A stretch of DNA of 42,816 bases from Thermoplasmata archaeon (GTDB taxonomy: Archaea; Thermoplasmatota; SW-10-69-26; JACQPN01; JAJPHT01): positions 1 through 42,816 of the forward strand of contig JAXDQU010000071.1 in the NCBI GenBank assembly GCA_034667685.1, given 5' to 3'. Numbering within the stretch: position 1 is the stretch's first letter; every line of letters begins with the position of its first letter. The notes below the pieces were generated by a model, which had not been told where the DNA came from, made no database searches, and saw only the letters and a program-made list of their open reading frames with translations. A program made the position numbers and the translations under genes. Positions 34,961 through 42,816 of the stretch are shown here, one piece after another.

Positions 34961-35689
34961 TCACGCGCTCGCCCTCCGGGCCGCGAGCTGGAGGAACGCA
35001 TCCTCGAGGTTGTCGACGCCCGCGGCCGCCATGATCGCGCTGGGCGCGTCCTCCGCGATGAGACGCCCGCCGCGCACGAAGCCCACGCGCCCGCAGCGGC
35101 GCGCCTCGTCCATGTAGTGCGTGGTGATGAGGATCGTCGTCCCCTCGCGCGTCATCTCGCCGAACTTCGCCCAGAACGCGGCGCGAAGCTCCGGATCGAC
35201 GCCCACCGTGGGCTCGTCGAGCACGAGGAGCTTCGGCTTGGGCATGAGCGCGGCCGCGAGCGAGGCGCGGTGCTTCATCCCGCCCGAGAGCTTGGTGATG
35301 AGCGCGTCGCCCCATTTCGATAGCTCGACGAAGTCCAGCAGCTCCCGGATGCGCGCCTCGCGGGCCTCGCCGTCCATCCCGTAGAGCCGGCCGAAGAGCG
35401 CGAGGTTCTCGCTCACCGTGAGGTCGAGGTAGAGCGCCGTCTCCTGGGGCATGTAGCCCACGAGCGGCCGAAGCTCCGGGTCGCGCGGCTTGCGGCCGAG
35501 CACCTCGACGCGCCCGGACGTCTCGCGCAGCAGCCCGGTGAGCACGCGGATCGCCGTGGTCTTGCCCGCGCCGTTGGGGCCCAGGAGACCGTACATCTCG
35601 CCCTCGCGGATGCGGAAGCCCAGGCCGTCGAGCGCGCGGAACTTGCCGAACGCCTTCACGACGTCTTCGAAGACGACGGCGTCTGCCAC
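34961..35689 (-). CDS. ABC transporter ATP-binding protein
   Basis: GPNGAGKTT, LSGGM, LDEPTVGVDP, TTHYMDEA. Confidence 0.93.
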   Translation of the reverse strand: MADAVVFEDVVKAFGKFRALDGLGFRIREGEMYGLLGPNGAGKTTAIRVLTGLLRETSGRVEVLGRKPRDPELRPLVGYMPQETALYLDLTVSENLALFGRLYGMDGEAREARIRELLDFVELSKWGDALITKLSGGMKHRASLAAALMPKPKLLVLDEPTVGVDPELRAAFWAKFGEMTREGTTILITTHYMDEARRCGRVGFVRGGRLIAEDAPSAIMAAAGVDNLEDAFLQLAARRASA

Positions 35690-35751
35690 GGGGAGGACTC
35701 GCCCCGGCCTTGGATAAGGCTGATGTAACTTCACGGGTAGTCTTCGGGACG

Positions 35752-36528
35752 ATGGCGACGACCCACGAGGCGCTTCGCGCGCTGGGCCTGACCGAGTACG
35801 GCGCGCGGGCCTACGCCGCGCTCGTCGCGCTGGGCGCCTCGGGCGCGGCGGCGGTGGCGAGCGCGGGGCCCGTGCCGCGCACGAAGGTGTATGCGGTGCT
35901 CGCCGACCTGGCGCGCCGCGGCTGGGTCGAGGCCGAAGGCGGACGTCCGCGCCGATATCGCGCCCTGCCGCCGCGCGAGTGCTTCGCGCGCGAGCGGGCG
36001 CGCCTCGACGCGCTCGCGGAGGCGGCGCTGCCCGCGCTGGAGGCGCAGATGCGCGACCGCGCGACGCGCTTCGGCGGCCCGCTCTGGATCCTGGATGGCG
36101 CGGACCTCGTCGCGGCGCGCGCGCTGGAGATGATCGCCCGCGCCAAGCGCGACGTGCTGCTCGTGGCCTCCTTCCCGCTGCCAGGCGACGAGCGCGAGAC
36201 GCCGCGCGCGTTGAAGGCCGCGATCCGGCGCGGCGCGCAGGTGCGCCTCGTCGCGCCCGACCTGGGCGCGCCCCACGCCCGCGCGCTCGCGGTGCCCGGC
36301 GCGCAGGTCCGGCAGGGGCTCGTCCCGCCGCGCGTGCTCTTCTGCGACGGGCGCGAGGGGCTCGTGGTCGCGCCGCCCACGAAGGACGCGCCGGTGCGCG
36401 GCATCTACAACCCGGCGCCCGACCTCGTCAAGCTCATGGGCGGGGCGATGGCCGCGTTCTGGGACGGATGGGGCGAGGCGCCGGTGACGCGCCCCCGGAT
36501 GATACGCAATCGCCAGCGTAGGCTTTGA
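35752..36528 (+). CDS. TrmB-family transcriptional regulator
   Basis: LGLTEY.ARAY.AL, VPRTKVY.VL..L...GWV, RPRRY. Confidence 0.88.
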   Translation: MATTHEALRALGLTEYGARAYAALVALGASGAAAVASAGPVPRTKVYAVLADLARRGWVEAEGGRPRRYRALPPRECFARERARLDALAEAALPALEAQMRDRATRFGGPLWILDGADLVAARALEMIARAKRDVLLVASFPLPGDERETPRALKAAIRRGAQVRLVAPDLGAPHARALAVPGAQVRQGLVPPRVLFCDGREGLVVAPPTKDAPVRGIYNPAPDLVKLMGGAMAAFWDGWGEAPVTRPRMIRNRQRRL

Positions 36529-36550
36529 GGGCGATGCCCCTGCCCGACGC

Positions 36551-37651
36551 ATGCACATCGCGCTGCGCCCGCTCCTCGCCATCGCCGCCGTGCTCGCCCT
36601 CGTCGTGCCGGTGACCGGCGCCGGCGCTCCCGCTCCTTCGCCGCTCGCCCACGGAGCCTGGTTCGGCGATGGCGACGTGACCGCCGACGCGGGCTTCGTG
36701 CCCACCACGACGAGCCTCCCGCCCGGCGCGTACGTCACGCCAAACGAGACGAGCGAGATGCTCGATCCGAACGCGACGATCGGGCCGGGCGCGCTGCTGG
36801 CGATCAGCTCGTCGACCGAGAAGGTGGGCAGCGCGAGCGTGCACGTCTTGAACGGATGCACCGCGAACTGGGTCTGGAAGGACCAGAACGGGACGCTCTA
36901 CCTCGGGACGGCGGGCCACTGCGTGCTGGGGAACCACACCGCGACGCACGGGCCCGGCGCCGACACCGACGCCGCGGGCGTCACCGTCTACGTGTGCCCC
37001 AACCCGTGCCAGGTCGGAGGCGCGACGGGCCTCGCGTTCGCCACCGCGACGGCAAGCGCGTCGCTCGCCGGCACCTGGTTCCGGCTCGGGAAGGTCGCGT
37101 ACGCACGGCAGCCCAGGGCCGGCGCCGACCCCGCGGACGACTTCGCGCTCGTGGCGGTGCCGGCCTCGCTGGAGCGCCTGCTCGGGCCGCGGATGCCCAT
37201 GTGGGGCGGGCCGGACCGCGTGGCATCCATCGCGCCGGGCGACCTGCTCGTCATGCATGGCAACGGGCTCGGCGTCGGCGAGGTCTTCCCCACCAAGAGC
37301 CGCCAGGGCGTCTTCCACGGCCTCACCTCCACGGGGAACGGATTCCGCGCCACGGTCTGGGCTGCCGAGGGCGACTCGGGCTCTCCCGTGGGGCTCATCG
37401 CGTCGTCCGGAACACCTGCGGGCGTCGGGGCGGCGGGCATCCTCACCGCGTGCCTGCCCACGGCCTCCGACACGGACACGTGCACGCAGGTCGCGCGCGA
37501 CGTCCCGACGGTCGCGGCGCCCCAGCAGCACCTCATGACCGGCCCCACGCTCGACCACGCCATCGCGCTCGCGCAGCAGGCCAACCTGTGCGTCCGCGTC
37601 GTGCTCGCGGGCGAGGACCCCGTCTCCGCGCCAACGGCGACCTGTCCCTAG
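36551..37651 (+). CDS. Secreted trypsin-like (S1) serine protease
   Basis: Signal peptide; GTAGHC, DDFAL, GDSGSP triad motifs. Confidence 0.85.
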   Translation: MHIALRPLLAIAAVLALVVPVTGAGAPAPSPLAHGAWFGDGDVTADAGFVPTTTSLPPGAYVTPNETSEMLDPNATIGPGALLAISSSTEKVGSASVHVLNGCTANWVWKDQNGTLYLGTAGHCVLGNHTATHGPGADTDAAGVTVYVCPNPCQVGGATGLAFATATASASLAGTWFRLGKVAYARQPRAGADPADDFALVAVPASLERLLGPRMPMWGGPDRVASIAPGDLLVMHGNGLGVGEVFPTKSRQGVFHGLTSTGNGFRATVWAAEGDSGSPVGLIASSGTPAGVGAAGILTACLPTASDTDTCTQVARDVPTVAAPQQHLMTGPTLDHAIALAQQANLCVRVVLAGEDPVSAPTATCP

Positions 37652-37742
37652 AGGCTGGTTTCCCCAACCTCTGTGCGGACCGCTGCCACGCGGAAGATGA
37701 AAAGAAAAACCCCGCAGCAAGCGACGGCTCGTGAAGCAGGTT

Positions 37743-39461
37743 CTAGTGCATCACGGCCGGCTGCGCGGCGCTTCCCGCCTCGCCGTGGTATTCCTCGGCC
37801 GACTTGAGCGGCTTGTTGCGCAGGAAGATCACCACGACGAGCGCGATGAGCGCGATGATGGCGCCCGCGAGCCACACGCTGCCAATGCTGGCGTTGAAGG
37901 CGTCCTTGACGATGTTGAGGAACTGGTCGACGACGCCCGGGTTGCTGCCGTGCGCCGTCATGTTGTCGCGGATCGCCTGGATCTGGTCGGGCGGCGCCAC
38001 GAGGAGCTGCGGGATGTTCTCGACCTTGCCGCCCACGAACGGGTTGTTGAGCACCTGGCCGTAGAAGCCTTGGACCGCGGGCGTGCTCGCCGCGACGCGC
38101 GGGGGCAGCTCGTGGTCCACGTTGCGGTTGAGGATCGCGCCCAGCGCGGCGATGCCCACCGTGGCGCCCAGGCTCCGGAAGAGCGTGATCGCGGCCGTGC
38201 CGGTGCCCACGAAGCGGCGCTCGACGGCGTTCTGCACCGCGACGGTGAACGTCTGGATCGTGAAGCCCAGGCCGATGCCCAGCCACATCATGACGAGCAC
38301 GGCGAGCCAGATGGGCGGGATGCCCTGGCGGTTGATGTACCAGAGGCCGAAGAACGCGGTCGCCGCGATGATCGTGCCCATGACGGTGAACGGCTTGTAG
38401 CCGAACTTCTTCATGAGCTGGCCGCTCGTGATCGAGCCCGCGACGAGCATGAGCGTGAGCGGGATGAGCACCGCGCCGGAGTAGGTGGCGCTGATGCCCA
38501 CGACGCCCTGCATGTAGGTCGGCATGAACGCGATCACGCCGAACATCGCGCTGCCCATGAGGATGCTCGCGATGGCGCTGACGGTGAAGATCGGCTCCTT
38601 CCAGAGCGAGAGCGGGATGAGCGGGTCCTTGGCGCGCGCCTCGGCCCAGATGAACGCCGCGACCATCACGAGCGCGAAGAGGGCCAGCGCGAGGATCTGC
38701 CAGGAGCCCCACGCGTACTCGGAGCCGCCGAAGGACGCCACGAGCACGATGGCGGTCAGGCCCGCGACGATGGTCGCGATGCCGGGCCAGTCGATCTTGG
38801 TGCCCGGGTGGGGCACGGTGCGCGGGAAGTGCGTGTAGACCATGAAGATCGCCACGAGGCCCACGGGGAGGTTCACGTAGAACACCCAGCGCCACGAGGA
38901 GACGCCGAGGACGTGCAGGTTGTCGACGATCCAGCCGCCCAGGAAGGGGCCGATGACGCTGCTGAGGCCGAACACCGCGCCGAAGAGCCCCTGCACGCGG
39001 CCGCGCTCGCTGGGCGAGTACATGTCCGCGATCGTGGCGAGGGCGACCGGGAAGATCGCGCCACCGCCAAGGCCCTGGATGAACCGGAAGATGATGAGCT
39101 GCCACATCCCGCTGATGGTGACGCCGCCGATCGTCCACGCGCCCCACTGGCCCGCCAGGCCGCACAGCGCGCTGCCCGCGAGGAAGAGCGACATGCCCAG
39201 GATGTAGATGGGGCGGCGGCCGTAGAGGTCGCTGAACTTGCCCGCGACCGGGATGACGATGACGCTCGCGAGCAGGTAGGCCGTCACGAGGTGCGCGAAG
39301 TACTGGAAGTCGCCCAGCTCGCCCACGATCTTGGGGAGCGACGTGCCGACCACGGTCTGGTCGAGCGCCGCGAGGAGGACGCCCAGCAGCAGACCGGTGA
39401 GGATGAGCCCGTGGCCGCCGAAGCGGCTCGACTTCGCCGTGGCCTGGGTCGCGTTGGCCAT
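37743..39461 (-). CDS. MFS drug:H+ antiporter, DHA2 (EmrB/QacA) family
   Basis: LDQTVV, SDLYGRR, RFIQGLGGG, WRWVFYVNLP, DPLIPL. Confidence 0.92.
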   Translation of the reverse strand: MANATQATAKSSRFGGHGLILTGLLLGVLLAALDQTVVGTSLPKIVGELGDFQYFAHLVTAYLLASVIVIPVAGKFSDLYGRRPIYILGMSLFLAGSALCGLAGQWGAWTIGGVTISGMWQLIIFRFIQGLGGGAIFPVALATIADMYSPSERGRVQGLFGAVFGLSSVIGPFLGGWIVDNLHVLGVSSWRWVFYVNLPVGLVAIFMVYTHFPRTVPHPGTKIDWPGIATIVAGLTAIVLVASFGGSEYAWGSWQILALALFALVMVAAFIWAEARAKDPLIPLSLWKEPIFTVSAIASILMGSAMFGVIAFMPTYMQGVVGISATYSGAVLIPLTLMLVAGSITSGQLMKKFGYKPFTVMGTIIAATAFFGLWYINRQGIPPIWLAVLVMMWLGIGLGFTIQTFTVAVQNAVERRFVGTGTAAITLFRSLGATVGIAALGAILNRNVDHELPPRVAASTPAVQGFYGQVLNNPFVGGKVENIPQLLVAPPDQIQAIRDNMTAHGSNPGVVDQFLNIVKDAFNASIGSVWLAGAIIALIALVVVIFLRNKPLKSAEEYHGEAGSAAQPAVMH

Positions 39462-39516
39462 GCTGGGCGCGAAGCCAGGCCTCGCATAAATAGCTAAAGG
39501 CGGGGTCTTCTGCAGC

Positions 39517-39762
39517 CTAAAGCGTGACGTGGGTGTCCGGCGGGTAGATCGCGCCGCCCGGCCCGAGGCTCACGTCGGTCTGGAGGCCGGCGAGCCCGTT
39601 CGACTCGCTCCAGAGCGTCGGGACGCCGCGCTCGTCCGTGTGGAGATAGAAGGCGCCCATGCCGCTGACGGCGTCGCCCGGATGGGGCGCGCCCGACCCA
39701 CCCAGGATGGCGCTGACCGCCATCGTGATGGCCAAGAGGATCTTCGCGATCAACGCTCCCAC
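39517..39762 (-). CDS. Small secreted protein (ESNGLxxLQ motif)
   Basis: Hydrophobic N-terminus; LWSESNGLAGLQ...YPPD; downstream of the subtilase. Confidence 0.65.
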   Translation of the reverse strand: MGALIAKILLAITMAVSAILGGSGAPHPGDAVSGMGAFYLHTDERGVPTLWSESNGLAGLQTDVSLGPGGAIYPPDTHVTL

Positions 39763-39846
39763 GCGCTCCCCCGCGCCTCCGCGCGAGCGGGCTCGTAGTG
39801 CGCTGCGGGATTCTTGAACGTTCTCTCTGGCTGAGCCCCAAGCCCG

Positions 39847-41367
39847 TCAGCGCGCCGCCGCGGCCGCCAGCGCCGCCCCAACGTCGACCACGCCGTAGCC
39901 GACGTAGGGGTCGCGGCCGGCGGGGCCGAGGTCCTTGGCGGCGTGCACGACGAGGTTGTCGGCCGCCGCGGGGGCGAGGGTGGAGTTGAGGTCCATGACC
40001 TGGGCCAGCGTGGCGCTCACGAAGGGCACGGCCATGCTGGTGCCGTTGAGGGCGCGGTAGGAGCCGCCCGTCCAGGTGGAGACGATGCCCCAGCCCGGCG
40101 CGGCGATCGAGACGAGGGAGCCGGTCGCGTCGGAGCGGAGCGGCTGGCCGTTGGTGCCCAGGGCCGTGACGCCCATGACCTCGGGGTAGCTCGCGGGGTA
40201 GCGCACGCAGCCGCCCGAGCAGGGGCCGGTGTTGCCCACGGAGGCGACCAGCGCCGCGCCGTGGCTGAACGCATACGAGACCGCGCGGTGGACGGCCTTG
40301 CTGTCGACGTCCGTGCCCAGGCTGAGGCTGACGACCTTCGCGCCGTGGTCCGCGCACCAGGCGATGCCCAGGGCGAGGTTGCCCTCGGTGCCGGTGCCGT
40401 CGGCGGCAAGGACCTTGACCGCCATGATCTTCTCGCGCGAGAGGCCCGCGATGCCGGCGCCGTTGCCGGTGGCGGCCGCGGCGATGCCCGCGACGTGCGT
40501 GCCGTGGCCTGCGTCGTCCATGGGGTCCGTGTCCATGTTCACGAAGTCGTATCCGTGCGTGCCGTCGGGGGCGGTCCACATCTTGCCCGCGAGGTCGGGG
40601 TGCGTGGAGTCGACGCCGGAGTCGACGATGCAGATCGCGCTGCCCGCGCCCTGGCGCAGGGTCGCGGGGGAGGCGTTGACGGCGCGGAGCCCCCACTGGC
40701 GGTGGAGGAGCGGGTCGACGCCCTTGCTCGCGGGGGCGCCGGCGCTCGTGAGCCAGGCGCCGTCGAAGAGCGAGTGGTTGCCCGCCGTGTCCCACCCGCT
40801 GCTGTCCCAGCCCGAGGAATCCCATCCGCTGGAGTCCCATCCGCTGCTGTCCCAACCCGAGGAATCCCAGCCGGACGAGTCCCAGCCCGACGAGTCCCAC
40901 CCGCTGCTGTCCCATCCGCTGGAGTCCCAGCCGGACGAGTCCCAGCCGCTGGAGTCCCAGCCTGAGGAATCCCACCCGCTGCTGTCCCAGCCCGAGGAAT
41001 CCCAGCCGGACGAGTCCCAGCCCGAGGAGTCGAGGTGGGTGGCGAGGTTGGGCTCGACGAAGGCGACGCCGGGGGCGCCGGCCATGGCGAGCATGAAGGC
41101 GCTGACGTTCGTCGTGTAGACGGTGGCGAGGCCGATGCTGTCGCCGCGCTTCAGGAGGGTGCCGCCCGCCGCCGCGATCAGCGTCGCGTTGACGCCGGGC
41201 GTGGTGAAGCCCACGAGGACGTTCGCCCGGGGGGGCGTCGACGCGCTCGTCGAGCCCGAGATCGTGGCGTCCAGGCCCGCGGACGCGCCGGCGGCCAGGA
41301 GGACCGCGACGAGGATCGCGGCGGCCACGGGTCCGGCGCGCACGCTGGGGCGGAAGGTGCTCGGCAT
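39847..41367 (-). CDS. S8 subtilase with 16 DSSGW repeats between prodomain and catalytic domain
   Basis: Signal peptide; IVDSGVD, HGTHVAG, NGTSMAVP catalytic motifs. Confidence 0.93.
   Translation of the reverse strand: MPSTFRPSVRAGPVAAAILVAVLLAAGASAGLDATISGSTSASTPPRANVLVGFTTPGVNATLIAAAGGTLLKRGDSIGLATVYTTNVSAFMLAMAGAPGVAFVEPNLATHLDSSGWDSSGWDSSGWDSSGWDSSGWDSSGWDSSGWDSSGWDSSGWDSSGWDSSGWDSSGWDSSGWDSSGWDSSGWDSSGWDTAGNHSLFDGAWLTSAGAPASKGVDPLLHRQWGLRAVNASPATLRQGAGSAICIVDSGVDSTHPDLAGKMWTAPDGTHGYDFVNMDTDPMDDAGHGTHVAGIAAAATGNGAGIAGLSREKIMAVKVLAADGTGTEGNLALGIAWCADHGAKVVSLSLGTDVDSKAVHRAVSYAFSHGAALVASVGNTGPCSGGCVRYPASYPEVMGVTALGTNGQPLRSDATGSLVSIAAPGWGIVSTWTGGSYRALNGTSMAVPFVSATLAQVMDLNSTLAPAAADNLVVHAAKDLGPAGRDPYVGYGVVDVGAALAAAAAR
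40792..41031 (-). repeat. 16 x 15-bp coding tandem repeat (DSSGW)
   Basis: 240 nt, protein-perfect but synonymously variable (Ser as TCC/TCG/TCA/AGC). Confidence 0.95.
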
Positions 41368-41503
41368 GTGGATCCCTCCGCGCCGGGGAAGGCGCGGATG
41401 GCCCGCGTCCGTGGATGCGCTATTTCTCGGTGTCGCCTTTCCGGACCGCCGAGTGGGCGCCAGCGTGCCCCTTTATCACGGCCGGGCCCCCACGTCCGCG
41501 GGA

Positions 41504-42816
41504 ATGCCGGAGACGGTGGCGTCCGCGCCGCAGCCCATGGCCGCTCCGCAGCTTCCGCGGAAGGTCCGGACGTACGTCGTCCTCCTGGCCCCGCTCGCGG
41601 GCGTCGTCGTGGCGCTGGGCGTCTTCGAGGCGGCGGTCTTCTGGCCGCGCGATCCGGAGGGCGTCCTGCTGCTGGCGCTCCTGGCGGTCCTCACGGGCGC
41701 CGCCTTCGCGCTGGAGCGCCGCGCGCTCGTGCTCCACTGGCGCGGGCAGCGCACCATCAGCTCGTTCGACGAGCCCGTCGTCTTCCTCGCCCTCGCGCTC
41801 CTGCCCCCGGCCGCGCTGGTGCCGCTGATCGCCGCGAGCATGACGCTCGTGCAGATCGCCGCGCGCCGCATCTTCGTGAAGGCCGCGTTCAACGTGGGCA
41901 CCTACGCCGTGGCCGCGGGCGCGGGCGCCGGCTTCGCCACGCTGGGGGGCGTCCTGGGCTGGCCGCCGGCGGGGGGCGCGGCGCTCGGCCTGCTCGCGTA
42001 CACGTTCGTCTCCAACGTCTTCACCTCGGCGCTCTTCGCCGACATGGAGTCGCGCCCGGTGGTCGCCGTGTTCCGCGAGCGCTTCGCGCTGGCCACGGCG
42101 TTCCACGTGACGCTGGGCATCGCGATCGGCGTGATGCTCCTCGCGCTCTGGGGCTATCATCCGCTCGCCACGCTGCTCGTGATCCCGCTCGCGCTCATGA
42201 CGCTCTCGTTCATGCGCCTCTCCGCGAGCGCCGACCGCGAGATCGTCGTGCATCGCAAGCTCGCGCAGGTCGTGGCCGAGATCGCCGGCTCGCAGGCCGC
42301 GGACGCCGTGGCCGACAGGCTGCTCGACGCGTGCGGCGACCTCTTCCTCGCGGGCCGCGCGGAGCTGGCGCTCGACGCGCGGAGCTGGGCGCGCGACTTC
42401 GAAGGGGGCCCCGCGCCCGGCCGCGCGCCCACCGCAGCCCCCATCCTGGCGCACGACGGGCGCGTCATCGGCGCGGTGCGAGTCTGGCCCGCGCGGCGCG
42501 TGCGCACCGGCGCCCACGAGGCCGAGCCGCAGATCCTCAAGGTCGTCGCGAGCCAGGTGGGCGTCGCGATGGAGAACGCGGTCGCGATCGAGGAGCTCGC
42601 CCGGGCGCGCGACCAGCAGCGCGGCATCCTGGAGAACGCGCCGGCCGGGATCGCGATGCTCGACGCCGGGGGGCGCGTCGTGCGCATGAACGTCCACATG
42701 CGCGACGTCATCGACGCGCTCATGGCCGACAAGTCGCTCGCGCAGGCGCTCGAAGGCCTTGCCAAGGGCGTCGCGTTCACCGACGTCGAATGGTGCCACG
42801 AGGGCAAGTGCCGCCT
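41504..42816 (+). CDS. Multi-pass membrane sensor with GAF-like and PAS domains (partial, runs off window; not in ORF track)
   Basis: Open frame from ATG 41504 (MPETVASAPQP...); several TM helices with SSFDEP and RRIFVKAAFNV; ASQVGVAMEN then GILENAPAGIAMLDAGGRVVRMN; CTTTATC TATA-like at ~41471. Confidence 0.85.
   Translation, partial: MPETVASAPQPMAAPQLPRKVRTYVVLLAPLAGVVVALGVFEAAVFWPRDPEGVLLLALLAVLTGAAFALERRALVLHWRGQRTISSFDEPVVFLALALLPPAALVPLIAASMTLVQIAARRIFVKAAFNVGTYAVAAGAGAGFATLGGVLGWPPAGGAALGLLAYTFVSNVFTSALFADMESRPVVAVFRERFALATAFHVTLGIAIGVMLLALWGYHPLATLLVIPLALMTLSFMRLSASADREIVVHRKLAQVVAEIAGSQAADAVADRLLDACGDLFLAGRAELALDARSWARDFEGGPAPGRAPTAAPILAHDGRVIGAVRVWPARRVRTGAHEAEPQILKVVASQVGVAMENAVAIEELARARDQQRGILENAPAGIAMLDAGGRVVRMNVHMRDVIDALMADKSLAQALEGLAKGVAFTDVEWCHEGKCR

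Noticed and set aside
40792-41031. Tandem repeat as CRISPR array
   Set aside because: 15-bp coding units with no spacers and no cas genes

Overview
High-GC archaeal chromosomal window, most consistent with an uncultured Thermoplasmatota-like lineage (inferred from rpl44e-rps27e-aIF2alpha-nop10-PAC2, archaeal-type GlyRS, class III-signal pilins, TrmB/Bat regulators and TATA-like promoters). Housekeeping genes are interleaved with a rich cell-surface and secreted repertoire: four tandem pilins with constant ends and a hypervariable Cys-bounded core; a Kelch/FN3/PKD surface protein; four small Cys-rich secreted peptides next to a methyltransferase; an exosortase-EpsI pair with a PEF/PEP-CTERM-like substrate; several secreted hydrolases; and a subtilase carrying 16 perfect DSSGW repeats, divergent from a multi-pass membrane sensor (GAF-like/PAS, cut by the window edge). 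The subtilase-sensor pair (candidate protease-released peptide signalling) and the Cys-rich peptide array are the best candidates for undescribed systems. Also present: a Doc-like toxin lacking its catalytic motif, several long intergenic palindromes (one family in two copies), a 219-bp TIR-bounded element and candidate structured RNAs. No tRNA, rRNA, CRISPR array or transposase was recognised. All calls are by eye; start codons are best estimates.
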